From contig JBFMCE010000004.1 in assembly GCA_040754655.1 (NCBI GenBank), positions 1,740-65,739 on the forward strand: a stretch of DNA of 64,000 nt. Reading direction: 5' to 3'. The DNA comes from Bdellovibrionota bacterium (GTDB lineage: Bacteria; Bdellovibrionota; UBA1018; UBA923). The position numbers and the translations under genes were made by a program. Positions 38,906 to 48,454 of the stretch are shown piece after piece. Below the pieces are notes generated by a model. The model did no database searches, had not been told where the DNA came from, and saw only the letters and a list, made by a program, of their open reading frames with translations. Position 1 is the stretch's first letter, and each line of letters opens with the position of its first letter.

Positions 38906-39484
38906 ATGCCCAAAAATATTGCGGTACTCGTCGGGAGTCTTCGAAAGGATTCTTTTAATAGAAAGGTAGCGAAACAACTTATTGCCCTTGCTCCTGAAAC
39001 AATGAAGTTCGATCTCGTCGAGATAGGTCAGCTCTCACTTTATAATCAAGACCTCGATGACAATCCGCCCGAAGAGTGGCTTGAGTTTCGTGATCAAATA
39101 AGAAAGTCTGACGGTGTCTTGTTTGTTACGCCTGAATACAACCGTTCCATTCCCGGTGTCTTGAAAAACGCCATTGATATCGGATCTCGCCCCTATGGTG
39201 AAAGCGCCTGGGAAAGAAAACCAGCTGCCGTGATCAGTGTCACGCCCGGCCGTACCGGCGCATTTGGCGCCAACCATCATTTAAGGCAGTGCCTTGTGTT
39301 CCTTGACATGCCTTGCATGCAACAGCCAGAGGCTTATATTGGCGGAGCCGGAAAACTATTCAATGCGAACGATGAGATAGAAGATGAGTCGACGCGTGAA
39401 CTTCTCAGAAGCTTCATCACGTCATTTTCTGAATGGGTGACGGTATTGTCAGAAACACGCGGCTCAAAACCTCAAGCAGCGTAG
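38906..39484 (+). CDS. NADPH-dependent FMN reductase
   Basis: AGGAGA RBS upstream of the ATG at 38906. Motifs are IAVLVGSLRKDSFNRK and FVTPEYNRSIPGVLKNAID. Confidence 0.8.
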   Translation: MPKNIAVLVGSLRKDSFNRKVAKQLIALAPETMKFDLVEIGQLSLYNQDLDDNPPEEWLEFRDQIRKSDGVLFVTPEYNRSIPGVLKNAIDIGSRPYGESAWERKPAAVISVTPGRTGAFGANHHLRQCLVFLDMPCMQQPEAYIGGAGKLFNANDEIEDESTRELLRSFITSFSEWVTVLSETRGSKPQAA

Positions 39485-39547
39485 CGCTTAAAGTTTAAAC
39501 GCCGCCTGAGGCCTTCATGCCGCTCGGGCGAATTAAAGAGTTAGGCC

Positions 39548-39961
39548 GTGCTAAAGCTCAATTTTCACCATCTGTATTATTTTTTTGTGATCGCGGAAGA
39601 GCGGCAAATCGCGCGCGCAGCCAGGCGACTAAGAATTGGCCAGCCAGCCTTGAGTACCCAGCTTAAAAATTTTGAACGATTTTTGGGAGTGAACCTTTTC
39701 AATAGAAAGCGCGGGCAAGCGATTACGCTCACCAGGCACGGCGAGATTCTTTACAGGTATAGCAAAGAGATATTCCATCTTTCTGACGAAATGCTTTCTT
39801 CCGTAAAAGGGCTTACGACCGAGAATACTCTGCATTTGAAAGTGGGCGCATTGGACTGGCTGCCGAAACGCGAAGTAAGCGAATTGATATCATCGGATCG
39901 GCGGAATAAATTATCCGCAATCCGGTGTTATCGCACCACCACAAAACCGATCGCCTCTTGA
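39548..39961 (+). pseudogene. Truncated LysR-family (NhaR-like) regulator: HTH and linker only, effector-binding domain missing
   Basis: The N-terminal 90 aa form a typical LysR wHTH (HHLYYFFVIAEERQIARAARRLRIGQPALSTQLKNFERFLGVNLFNR). The ORF stops at 137 aa, against about 300 expected. Its last 34 nt overlap the 3' end of convergent trpS. Confidence 0.55.
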
Positions 39962-40926
39962 ACCTTGCGCAAAGTCACTTGCGCGCGGGCGCGAGCTTGC
40001 TCGGCGCTTCGTTTGAACATTCGGTCAAGCTCGCCCTTGTCTTTCAGAAGCTGTTGGTATTTTTCGCGAATTGGTTTGATGCATTCCACGACAAGTTCAG
40101 CGGTTTCAACCTTCAGGTGACCATACTGTTTTCCACGGTAACCTTCGACGATCTGTTCCGCGGCCTTTCCAGTGATTGCGGATTGAATCGCGATGAGGTT
40201 CTTGATCCCGGGTTTCTCATCGGTATAGGCAATCTCGCTGCCCGAATCCGTCACGGCGCGTTTGAGCTTCTTTAAGATCGTAGAATCATCATCAGAAATA
40301 TAGACGACCGCATTGGGATCAGGATCAGATTTCGACATCTTCGCAGTGGGGTCGGTCAAACTCATGATTTTTGCGCCCACAGGCGGAATGAAAACCTCAG
40401 GCACGACGAAAAGCTCGCCATAAGCGTTGTTCATCCGCATCGCGAGGTCGCGGGTCAGCTCAAGATGCTGTTTCTGGTCTTGTCCCACGGGAACCAAGTT
40501 CGCTTGATAAAGCAAGATATCGGCTGCCATCAGAGCGGGATAGCTAAATAATCCCACTCCGATATTTTTCTGTTTTGCGCTCTTGTCCTTGAACTGCGTC
40601 ATGCGACTCAGTTCCCCCATGTAGCTCTGGCAACTTAAGATCCATCCCAGCTCGGCATGCTCTGGTACGTGGGATTGAATGAAAACCAGGTTTTTTTGAG
40701 GATCGATCCCAGAGGCCAAATAGATGGCTGCTGCTTCGTAACTGAGCGAGCGCAAAACTTCAGGATCACGACGGATCGTGATGGCGTGCATATCGACCAC
40801 GCAGAAAAGGCAGTCGTAATTTTTCTGCAGCTGCACCCAGTTTTTCAGCGCCCCAAGGTAGTTTCCCAGCATGAGGCCGCCCGAGGGTTGAACACCCGAT
40901 AAAATAATCTGACGCTTCTCAGTCAT
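39928..40926 (-). CDS. trpS: Tryptophan--tRNA ligase
   Basis: Class I signatures: a HIGH-region equivalent (SGVQPSGGLMLGNYLG) and KMSKS (AKMSKSD). The size of 332 aa is typical. Confidence 0.95.
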   Translation of the reverse strand: MTEKRQIILSGVQPSGGLMLGNYLGALKNWVQLQKNYDCLFCVVDMHAITIRRDPEVLRSLSYEAAAIYLASGIDPQKNLVFIQSHVPEHAELGWILSCQSYMGELSRMTQFKDKSAKQKNIGVGLFSYPALMAADILLYQANLVPVGQDQKQHLELTRDLAMRMNNAYGELFVVPEVFIPPVGAKIMSLTDPTAKMSKSDPDPNAVVYISDDDSTILKKLKRAVTDSGSEIAYTDEKPGIKNLIAIQSAITGKAAEQIVEGYRGKQYGHLKVETAELVVECIKPIREKYQQLLKDKGELDRMFKRSAEQARARAQVTLRKVQEAIGFVVVR

Positions 40927-40945
40927 TTTCCCTTTTTATGGTAAG

Positions 40946-41488
40946 TTGGCGCCGATGGCTAGGGTTCATTTTACATTGCCAACCCCTGATTGGAGCCCTT
41001 TCAGGGTCGAACGAAATATCTTGATCGCCCCACGCCCTATTACAGCGCCCGGGTTCAAGGGCGTAGGCGATCGTTTGCGAACCGCTGCTTTTGCCGAGGT
41101 TCAGGCCGAAGCCGCGTTTCTTTGGGCCACCCAAAACTATCCTGACGCTCAGCCCGAGCTGCGTGAATCTTGGCGTCTGTTGGCAAACGAAGAAAAAAAG
41201 CACCTTCACTGGTTGTTAGGGCGGATGCAGGAACTTTCGATCGACATTGCCGAAAGACCAGTCAGCGATATACTTTGGCATTCATTGACGCGTTGTCAAA
41301 ATGCACGCGAGTTCTGTCACCACATGGCCGGCGCGGAAGAAAGAGGGTGTCGGGCTGGAGAGAGGTTTGCCCAAACTATTTTACGAGTCGACCCTGAAAG
41401 CGCGCGCGTCTTTGGGCAAATTGCTGTTGAAGAAAAAAGTCACATTGAACTTGCGTACCGATTTTTCCCGCTTGAGCGCAAAGCTTAG
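40946..41488 (+). CDS. Ferritin-like di-iron-type protein (DUF455/MiaE-like)
   Basis: Two ExxH motifs in helical context (LANEEKKHLHWL and IAVEEKSHIELA). It is divergent from trpS with only a 19-nt spacer. Confidence 0.45.
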   Translation: MAPMARVHFTLPTPDWSPFRVERNILIAPRPITAPGFKGVGDRLRTAAFAEVQAEAAFLWATQNYPDAQPELRESWRLLANEEKKHLHWLLGRMQELSIDIAERPVSDILWHSLTRCQNAREFCHHMAGAEERGCRAGERFAQTILRVDPESARVFGQIAVEEKSHIELAYRFFPLERKA

Positions 41489-41556
41489 CACCAGAGTTGC
41501 ATCTGCCTTGACCTCCAAAGCGTTTTGAAAAGCAAACTAAAGTAAGGAGTCAAATT

Positions 41557-41973
41557 ATGCCGTTGCGCGACATCATCAAAGAAAAGGTCCATGCTTGCTC
41601 TAAAGAAACTTCGGTTCTTGACGTGGCGGATCTGATGAAGAAAAAAGATATTGGAGCGGTGCTCGTGGTTGAAGACGGGCGTCCGATCGGTATTGTGACT
41701 GATCGTGACATCGCTGTGCGCTGTATTGCTGACCGAGTGGATTTTTCGATTCCAGTGCATCGGATCATGACGGCAACACCTGTCGTTATCGATGAAAACA
41801 AAGGCCTTCAAGACGTCATTGTGCTCATGAAAAAGCATCAAGTGCGCAGGATTCCTGTAGTCGACCCAAGCGGGCAAGCGATTGGCCTGATTTCGTTTGG
41901 AGATGTTTTTGGTTTGATCGCCAAAGAAATGAGCGATCTTTCGTACGACACTCCGGTCATTGCCGCAGCCTGA
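41557..41973 (+). CDS. CBS domain pair protein
   Basis: Two CBS repeats (IGIVTDRDIAVR ... QVRRIPVVDPSGQAIGLISFGDV), with an AAGGAG RBS upstream. Confidence 0.8.
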   Translation: MPLRDIIKEKVHACSKETSVLDVADLMKKKDIGAVLVVEDGRPIGIVTDRDIAVRCIADRVDFSIPVHRIMTATPVVIDENKGLQDVIVLMKKHQVRRIPVVDPSGQAIGLISFGDVFGLIAKEMSDLSYDTPVIAAA

Positions 41974-42072
41974 TGAGATGCAAACTGCATTTTGAATTGC
42001 ACGGTTGACCGCCATGATGGGTCCGACATTTGCACCCCTTCTTGCCCGCATACGGCACGGAAGGGGTGTACA

Positions 42073-42690
42073 ATGAAAAATATTCTTTATTACAGTCTTA
42101 TAATCTCAGCAGTCCATTGGTTGGTTCCCGCTCAAAACTTCAATATCGTTGAAGCGAATGAAGAGCATGACAAAATGTCGCAGTCCTCTATCAGCGAAGG
42201 TGAGTCACGCGGGGGGATGGAGTCGGATCAAGGTAAACAAGCCTCAGAGAAGTGGAAGCCAGAATACATGGCCCATACTTACATGACGCGCACGTACCTT
42301 GACGCGGCGTCAAGATTTTTGGATGGGCTCGAGCAGCAAAGCAATGCAGATGTTTCGTTGAGCTCAGAGCAGATTCAAAAGCATCTCAAGCATTATGGCG
42401 ATGAGTCGCTCAAGAACCTCAAGAGCGCAAGAGTGCACTTGATCGAATTGTCAGGAACTCTCTCGAGGTCACCTGCATCAGAAAAAAGCAAAAGCACCGA
42501 CCACTTCAGCAAGACCAAGCAGAACCTCGACCAAGCGATCAACCTGAATTCGAAACTGAATTCGACATTAAACAGTGGGTCAAAGAGTTGGAATCGTGAA
42601 CAGCTAAAGAGCCAGGTTTCTCAACTCCAGGAACAACTCAAGTCTGCTTCTGAAAGCCACAGTGAGTTGATCTCGTCTCTAGGTGTCTAA
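42073..42690 (+). CDS. Hypothetical secreted protein (Ser/Lys/Glu-rich, helical)
   Basis: The ATG at 42073 follows GGAAGGGG and gives a signal-like N-terminus (MKNILYYSLIISAVHWLVPAQN). A strong intrinsic terminator follows. Confidence 0.5.
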   Translation: MKNILYYSLIISAVHWLVPAQNFNIVEANEEHDKMSQSSISEGESRGGMESDQGKQASEKWKPEYMAHTYMTRTYLDAASRFLDGLEQQSNADVSLSSEQIQKHLKHYGDESLKNLKSARVHLIELSGTLSRSPASEKSKSTDHFSKTKQNLDQAINLNSKLNSTLNSGSKSWNREQLKSQVSQLQEQLKSASESHSELISSLGV

Positions 42691-42775
42691 AAGAAAGGTG
42701 CAAGGAGCGGTGAGGGAATTGCAGCCTCTTCCGCTGCCTGACTCAAGTAAGTTGAGCAAAGAGTTTGGTTGCGCT

Positions 42776-42820
42776 AAGCCCAAAGAGGTTTGAATTTGAA
42801 CTTCTTTGGGCTTGGTTTTT
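42776..42820 (+). terminator. Rho-independent terminator downstream of 42073-42690
   Basis: An 11-bp perfect stem, AAGCCCAAAGA (42776-42786) paired with TCTTTGGGCTT (42803-42813), followed by GGTTTTT. Confidence 0.75.
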
Positions 42821-42862
42821 CATTTCTTTCAATCAATCTTCAAAGGCGCGCAAGCCGAATGC

Positions 42863-43906
42863 TCATTCCGGCAAAGTACACTGAAACGGGCTAAGGCATC
42901 GCACTCTCGCCCCGAACGAGGCGCCTGCGTAAAGCACGGATTGCAGGTCAGGAACCCCTTTCGGAGGTCGAGCATCCAAAACAGCGGTAGTGACGCCCAC
43001 CACGCTTCCTCGCTCAAGTGAGAACATCGGACCTCCGCTGAAACCTGCGATGATATCAAGATCAGTGTAGAGCACTTCGCCGTAAACCATCGAGAGATTG
43101 CCGACAGTTGCCACAAGGCTTTCTTCCCCCGAAGGCAATCGCGTGACATCGTCATAATTTTTAGGGGAACGGCCTTTGTAAGGCCTGTTCAGAGCTCCCA
43201 TCATGCAGGGGATACCAGGTCTTGATGCTTCGGGCAGTTTGACATTCAGAATTTTGACTCTACCAAATAAATTCCGTTTTAAGTTGCAGGCGGCCAGATA
43301 GTGGGTGTCGAGACGCCTCCTGTCTTTGGCGCTGAAAGCCTTTCTTCGCGTGGGTTTGGGATATCCCAAGGCGATCAGCCGTTCACCTTGAGACAAAGGA
43401 CCTGATTCGACGGCGAGGTAATCTGGCGATTTGAATAAACGGATTTGGCCAAGCGAAATATCTGTACCCCCATAGTGCCGTGTGGCCGCAATCTCAAACG
43501 AAACTTCATAGGATCTTGGTAAATAAACCATTCCCGCGACCGTCTGAGTGAGTTCATTGAGGCTGATCTTGCATGGAGCGCTGCTGCTAAGAACGTGGGC
43601 CGCCGTGATGAATTCACCTGTTGGTCCAATGAAAAAACCTGTTCCACGCAGGTTCTTGCATGAAATTTGAAACGTAGATTGGATCAATTGCGGAAGAAAT
43701 CGGTCGAGTTGGATCGTTTCCTTCTGGTTCAGTCTGTAAAGTTTTTGTAGTTTTTGCGAAACTTGCGCAAGGTCTCTCTGAGAGAGGATGTGAAACCCCT
43801 CATCTGCTTTTACGGGCGTCGTGAAAAATGAGAACGAAAGAGCAAGGATGACTAAAGACAAAACCGAAAATAGGGACCCCTCCCCATTTTGTTTGATATA
43901 CCCCAT
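42863..43906 (-). CDS. Secreted trypsin-like (S1 family) serine peptidase
   Basis: An N-terminal hydrophobic signal. The catalytic triad context is His in GEFITAAHV, Asp in GGTDISLGQI and Ser in GFSGGPMF. Confidence 0.7.
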   Translation of the reverse strand: MGYIKQNGEGSLFSVLSLVILALSFSFFTTPVKADEGFHILSQRDLAQVSQKLQKLYRLNQKETIQLDRFLPQLIQSTFQISCKNLRGTGFFIGPTGEFITAAHVLSSSAPCKISLNELTQTVAGMVYLPRSYEVSFEIAATRHYGGTDISLGQIRLFKSPDYLAVESGPLSQGERLIALGYPKPTRRKAFSAKDRRRLDTHYLAACNLKRNLFGRVKILNVKLPEASRPGIPCMMGALNRPYKGRSPKNYDDVTRLPSGEESLVATVGNLSMVYGEVLYTDLDIIAGFSGGPMFSLERGSVVGVTTAVLDARPPKGVPDLQSVLYAGASFGARVRCLSPFQCTLPE

Positions 43907-43980
43907 AACTTACCCCCACTCGCGGCCTACCATAGGGAAAGATGAGAGGGAAGAGGGATTTGAACCCAGGCCTGAAACCA

Positions 43981-44060
43981 GATCCGGATCCGGACCAGAA
44001 ACGGCAGCGGATTCGGTTAACCGTCAACGGCTAACGGTTTGACCACAATCCGTTCCATTT
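43981..44060. repeat. Dispersed intergenic repeat family, locus 4
   Basis: GGATTCGGTTAACCGTCAACGGCTAACGGTTTGACCACAATCCGTTCCA. Confidence 0.5.
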
Positions 44061-44129
44061 GCGATTTCAATTGCGCGACCGAAGAAGGTGTCGACAAAAG
44101 TTTAAGAGAGGCTTAGCCTAAGAATTCCT

Positions 44130-45398
44130 ATGAGACGAAACTGGATCATGGGTGTGCTGACCATCGCGACGGCGATGATTGGATGCGCACCATTTTTGGC
44201 CCAAGCTCAATACACCCTACAGCAAAGTTTTGAGGCTGCTCGCAATCAGGCAGAGACCGTGGCTATTCAACAGGCTCTGCTTGATCAAGCCGAAGAGCGG
44301 TACAATGCTGCAAAGGGAGGCTTGTTCCCGAATCTTCAGGGCATAGCTTCGTATACCCAGTTACCGCGCCCCAGTGGCCCTCAATCAGCATTTACCCGGC
44401 CTGATCGGCCTGAAGTGCGTTTAAATGCCACGCAAGCCGTCTTTCGAGGCTTGCGTGAATATGCGGCGATACGCCAGCGCAGGCTTGACGCTGAGGCGCA
44501 GCAAGATGCAAAGAGGCGTGCAGAGCTGCAGTTGTATCAAGATTTGGCAGACACTTTCTTTTCGATCCTTTCTCTTGAACAAGACTTGAAGAACCTGGAA
44601 ACCCAGATCGAGTTGAACCGAAAACGCGTTCGCGAACTCGGCGCCAGGCGGCGCATCGGTCGATCACGGGTGAGCGAGGTTCTCACCGTGGAATCAGCGG
44701 TGGCTAGCCTTGAGGCTCAAGCTGCGTCGGTGAAAGCTGAGCTGGGTACAGTTCGAGAGGTCTTTGCACTTCTGACGGGGCTCAAACAAGATTCGTCTTT
44801 GAAAGACGATGCACGAGCTTCTCAAGCCCTAGAGCGGCTAGAGCATTACTTAAAGCTCATAGAGCAGCGCCCAGATATCCAAGAGCGTGTCAAACGCGTG
44901 AAAGCAGCCGAAGAAGGGATTGCGATCGCCAGAGGCGGCCACTTCCCCTCGATTGATCTCGCGGGCAACTACTACTTGAAAAGGGTGGGGGTGCTTGAGA
45001 GTCAAAAGTGGGATTTTCAGGCCGTGCTCACGCTTCCTATTTACTCCGGCGGCGTCATTCAATCGCAGCTTCGCGAAGCGAGCGCCGTGGCTAGGCAGAA
45101 CGATCTTGAGCTCAATCGAATCCGCAGGGAAGCAGAGCGGGAAGTGCGCACGCACTACCAGAATGTCGTGGCTGGGCAGAATCAAATTCAAGCGCTCACG
45201 AGAGCTACCGAGCTTGCCGAGAGGAATTTCAGGGAACAATCGCGCGAGTATGGATTTGGATTGGTCACCAACCTCGATGTTCTGCAGGCACTCAACGTCT
45301 TTCAAGAATCAAGGCGCGCTCTTGACCGCACTCGCTACGGGCTTCGCCTCAACCTAGCAAGGCTTGAATCGGCGGTGGCTCTTAGAGGTGTTCGGTGA
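44130..45398 (+). CDS. TolC-family outer membrane efflux protein
   Basis: A signal peptide and two OEP repeats with typical coiled-coil heptads (ARNQAETVAIQQALLDQAEERYNAAKGGLFPNL...). It overlaps the RND gene by 4 nt. Confidence 0.85.
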   Translation: MRRNWIMGVLTIATAMIGCAPFLAQAQYTLQQSFEAARNQAETVAIQQALLDQAEERYNAAKGGLFPNLQGIASYTQLPRPSGPQSAFTRPDRPEVRLNATQAVFRGLREYAAIRQRRLDAEAQQDAKRRAELQLYQDLADTFFSILSLEQDLKNLETQIELNRKRVRELGARRRIGRSRVSEVLTVESAVASLEAQAASVKAELGTVREVFALLTGLKQDSSLKDDARASQALERLEHYLKLIEQRPDIQERVKRVKAAEEGIAIARGGHFPSIDLAGNYYLKRVGVLESQKWDFQAVLTLPIYSGGVIQSQLREASAVARQNDLELNRIRREAEREVRTHYQNVVAGQNQIQALTRATELAERNFREQSREYGFGLVTNLDVLQALNVFQESRRALDRTRYGLRLNLARLESAVALRGVR

Positions 45399-48300
45399 AT
45401 CTTTCCGAAATCTCGATTCGGCGTCCAGTGCTTGCGTGGATGCTGATGGGGGCGCTGATCATTCTTGGCGGCATCTGTTTCATGCGCATGCCGGTGAGCC
45501 AACTCCCTGATGTTGATTTCCCGGTAGTGACTGTGAGCGCTTCGCTTGAAGGGGCTGCACCCGAGGTCATGGAGACCGATGTCGTCGATGCGATTGAAAA
45601 CGCGGTGATGACCGTGCAGGGCGTGCAATCGATCACCTCGGTCGCGCGGCAGGGCAGCGCTTCGATCTCGATCGAATTTGACCTCGATCGCAATATTGAC
45701 CTCGCTGTGCAGGAAGTGCAGACCAAGATCGCGCAAGCACAGCGCAATTTGCCCACAGATCTTGATCCGGTCACAGTGAATAAGACCAACCCTGAAGACC
45801 AGCCCATCATGTGGCTCACCGTGCGCAGCGATAAGTATCCAACCAAAGACATCATGGCCTATGTGCGCGACTACGTCCGCGACCGATTCACGACCTTGCC
45901 TGGCGTCGGTGACGTCTTGCTCGGGGGTTACATTGAACCCAATCTTCGAGTGTGGGTGTCGAATGAGGGCCTCAAGAAATATTCGCTTACCGTTACGGAT
46001 GTCTTGAACACGGTCCGAAACGAACACCTCGAGCTTCCAGCGGGTCGCATTGAGACCGCCACCAAGGAACTCAATGTGCGGATGATGGGAGAGGCGAAGT
46101 CGGTCGAAGATTTCAGCCAGATGATCATCAGCACGCGGGGCGGGATGCCCAATTACGCCCCCATCCCCTTAAAAGAGGTCGTTCGCGTCGAAGAGGGTTT
46201 GGCCGATCTGCGGCGGCTCAGTCGTTCGATGGGCCTTCCCGCGGTAGGGCTGGGGATTCGAAAACAAAGAGGCTCGAATGCGGTTGAAGTCTCGCACGCG
46301 GTGAAGAAGCGTTTGGCGGAGGTGCAGAAGACGTTGCCCGAGGGCATGCAGATCGCCGTGAATTTCGATGGAACGAAATTCATCGAAGAATCGATTGGTG
46401 AACTCAATTTCACTCTTGTCCTCTCGGCTCTTCTCACGGCGCTGGTTTGTTGGGGATTTCTAGGGTCGTGGTCGTCAACGGTAAACGTTGTTTTGGCGAT
46501 TCCCACCGCGATCGTGGGCACGTTCATCGTGCTTTACTTCTCGGGGTTCACGCTCAACACCTTCACTCTCTTGGGACTGAGCCTTGCCATCGGGATCGTG
46601 GTCGATGACGCGATCATGGTCCTTGAGAATATCGTGCGGCACTACGAAAACGGCAAAGACAGGGTCGATGCCGCGCTTACGGGATCAAAAGAAATTTATT
46701 TCGCGGCTCTTGCCGCTACCATCGCCATCGTGGCGATCTTTCTGCCGGTTGCTTTCGTCAAAGGCATCATCGGGAAGTTCTTTTATCAGTTCAGCGTCAC
46801 GATGACGGTAGCTGTTCTTCTCTCGCTGCTCGAAGCGCTGACGCTCACTCCGATGCGTTGCTCGCAATTCCTTTCGGTGGGCGAGCGGCGCACGCGAATC
46901 GGCAAGGCGATCGAGCATTCGTTTGAACGCATGAATGGCTGGTACCGAAGGGTGCTGGAAGTGACTTTGAACCACCGCTTGAAAGTCATTGCGGGCTCGC
47001 TGGTTTTTTTCTTTCTCACCCTGGTTTCAGTTAAGTTCTTGAACAAAGAGTTCATGCCAGCCCAAGATCAGGGCCGGTTCATGGTGCGTATCCAGACCCC
47101 GGTGGGCTCATCTCTTCAGTTCACTGATGCGAAATTTAAAGAAGCTGAAAAATTCTTCGCGAGCCATCCGGACGTTGACCGTTACTACACCGCAGTCGGC
47201 GGTTTCGGCGGAGGGCAGGTGAATTCAGGCATTGTCTTTATCACCTTGAAAGAGCGTCCCGAGCGAAAGTTGAGCCAACATGAGCTGATGGATGTGACTC
47301 GAAAAGAGCTTGCGAAAATTCCCGACGCGAAAGTCTTCCTGCAAGACCTTTCGATGCGAGGCTTCACGGCGTCGCGTGGTTTTCCGGTCGAATTCACGGT
47401 GCGCGGGCCTGATTGGGAAAAGCTTGGCGGCCATTCCCAAGAGATCATGAAACGCCTTGAGGCCACCGGGCTGGTGAGTGACCTTGATAGCGATTACGAG
47501 ACAGGGATGCCAGAGGTCCAAATCACGCCTGACAGGCGAAAGGCCGCGCTCAGAGGCGTGAGCGTGCGGGCCATCAGCGAAACGGTGAATGCTTTGGTGG
47601 GTGGCGTGATCGTAGGCAAGTACCCCAAAGGAGGTCATCGGTATGACGTGCGGGTGAGTTTGACGCCCGATCAACGCGCTAGCTCGGACCAACTCAAAGA
47701 TCTTTACGTGAGAAACAATCGGGGCGAGCTGATTCGCCTCTCAGACGTCGTGAAGATTGATCAAAAACCCACCTTGCAAGTGATCGGGCGCAGAGATCGA
47801 GAGAGAGCGATCACGGTTTTTGCGAACGTCGCGACCGGAAAATCGCAATCGCAGGCCCTTGAGAAAGTGGAAGCCATTGCGAAAGAAGTGCTGCCCGAAG
47901 GTTACCGCGCGGTCTTGAGCGGCAGCTCTCAGACCTTTCGCGAGTCGGGCCAAAGCCTTTTGTTTGTCTTGTTGCTAGGCATTCTGGTCTCGTACATGGT
48001 GCTTGCTTCGCAGTTCAACAGTTTCATTGATCCGGTGGTCGTGTTGATGGCGTTGCCCTTTAGCGTTTCAGGCGCGTTTTTGGCGCTTTTGATCGCGGGG
48101 CAATCAATAAATATTTACAGTTTAATCGGGCTTGTCCTATTGATGGGGATCGTCAAGAAAAATTCGATTCTGTTGGTCGACTTCACCAACCAGCTCCGCG
48201 ATCAAGGGGTTGGGTTGAGGTCGGCTCTGCTTGAGGCCTGTCCGGTGCGATTGCGCCCAATCTTGATGACCTCGTTTGCGACGATCGCGGGTGCCGTTCC

Positions 48301-48454
48301 ACCGGCGCTTGCCATCGGACCTGGCGCTGAAACGCGCATCCCCATGGCTGTTGCGGTAATCGGGGGTGTTCTGGTATCTACTCTGCTTACTCTAGTCGTT
48401 GTACCATGCGTCTATAGCCTGGTAGCCCGAGAGCGGCGTGCGAAGGTTGTGTGA
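45395..48454 (+). CDS. RND family efflux transporter permease (AcrB/HAE1-like)
   Basis: 1019 aa with a typical N-terminus (IRRPVLAWMLMGALIILGGI..LPDVDFPVVTV), 12 TM helices and two large periplasmic loops. Confidence 0.95.
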   Translation: MNLSEISIRRPVLAWMLMGALIILGGICFMRMPVSQLPDVDFPVVTVSASLEGAAPEVMETDVVDAIENAVMTVQGVQSITSVARQGSASISIEFDLDRNIDLAVQEVQTKIAQAQRNLPTDLDPVTVNKTNPEDQPIMWLTVRSDKYPTKDIMAYVRDYVRDRFTTLPGVGDVLLGGYIEPNLRVWVSNEGLKKYSLTVTDVLNTVRNEHLELPAGRIETATKELNVRMMGEAKSVEDFSQMIISTRGGMPNYAPIPLKEVVRVEEGLADLRRLSRSMGLPAVGLGIRKQRGSNAVEVSHAVKKRLAEVQKTLPEGMQIAVNFDGTKFIEESIGELNFTLVLSALLTALVCWGFLGSWSSTVNVVLAIPTAIVGTFIVLYFSGFTLNTFTLLGLSLAIGIVVDDAIMVLENIVRHYENGKDRVDAALTGSKEIYFAALAATIAIVAIFLPVAFVKGIIGKFFYQFSVTMTVAVLLSLLEALTLTPMRCSQFLSVGERRTRIGKAIEHSFERMNGWYRRVLEVTLNHRLKVIAGSLVFFFLTLVSVKFLNKEFMPAQDQGRFMVRIQTPVGSSLQFTDAKFKEAEKFFASHPDVDRYYTAVGGFGGGQVNSGIVFITLKERPERKLSQHELMDVTRKELAKIPDAKVFLQDLSMRGFTASRGFPVEFTVRGPDWEKLGGHSQEIMKRLEATGLVSDLDSDYETGMPEVQITPDRRKAALRGVSVRAISETVNALVGGVIVGKYPKGGHRYDVRVSLTPDQRASSDQLKDLYVRNNRGELIRLSDVVKIDQKPTLQVIGRRDRERAITVFANVATGKSQSQALEKVEAIAKEVLPEGYRAVLSGSSQTFRESGQSLLFVLLLGILVSYMVLASQFNSFIDPVVVLMALPFSVSGAFLALLIAGQSINIYSLIGLVLLMGIVKKNSILLVDFTNQLRDQGVGLRSALLEACPVRLRPILMTSFATIAGAVPPALAIGPGAETRIPMAVAVIGGVLVSTLLTLVVVPCVYSLVARERRAKVV

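Noticed and set aside
43940-43980. tRNA-like fragment (GGGATTTGAACCCAGG, the reverse complement of a T-arm-like CTGGGTTCAAATCCC)
   Set aside because: The T-stem would pair only 3 bp, and no acceptor stem, anticodon arm or D-arm can be built on either strand. At most it is a decayed tRNA 3' fragment. There is no integrase or direct repeat nearby to support an att site.
45335-46027. 230-aa minus-strand ORF, plus 45382-45855
   Set aside because: It is antisense to the start of the RND transporter gene, which is unambiguous. It is a His/Arg-rich shadow frame.
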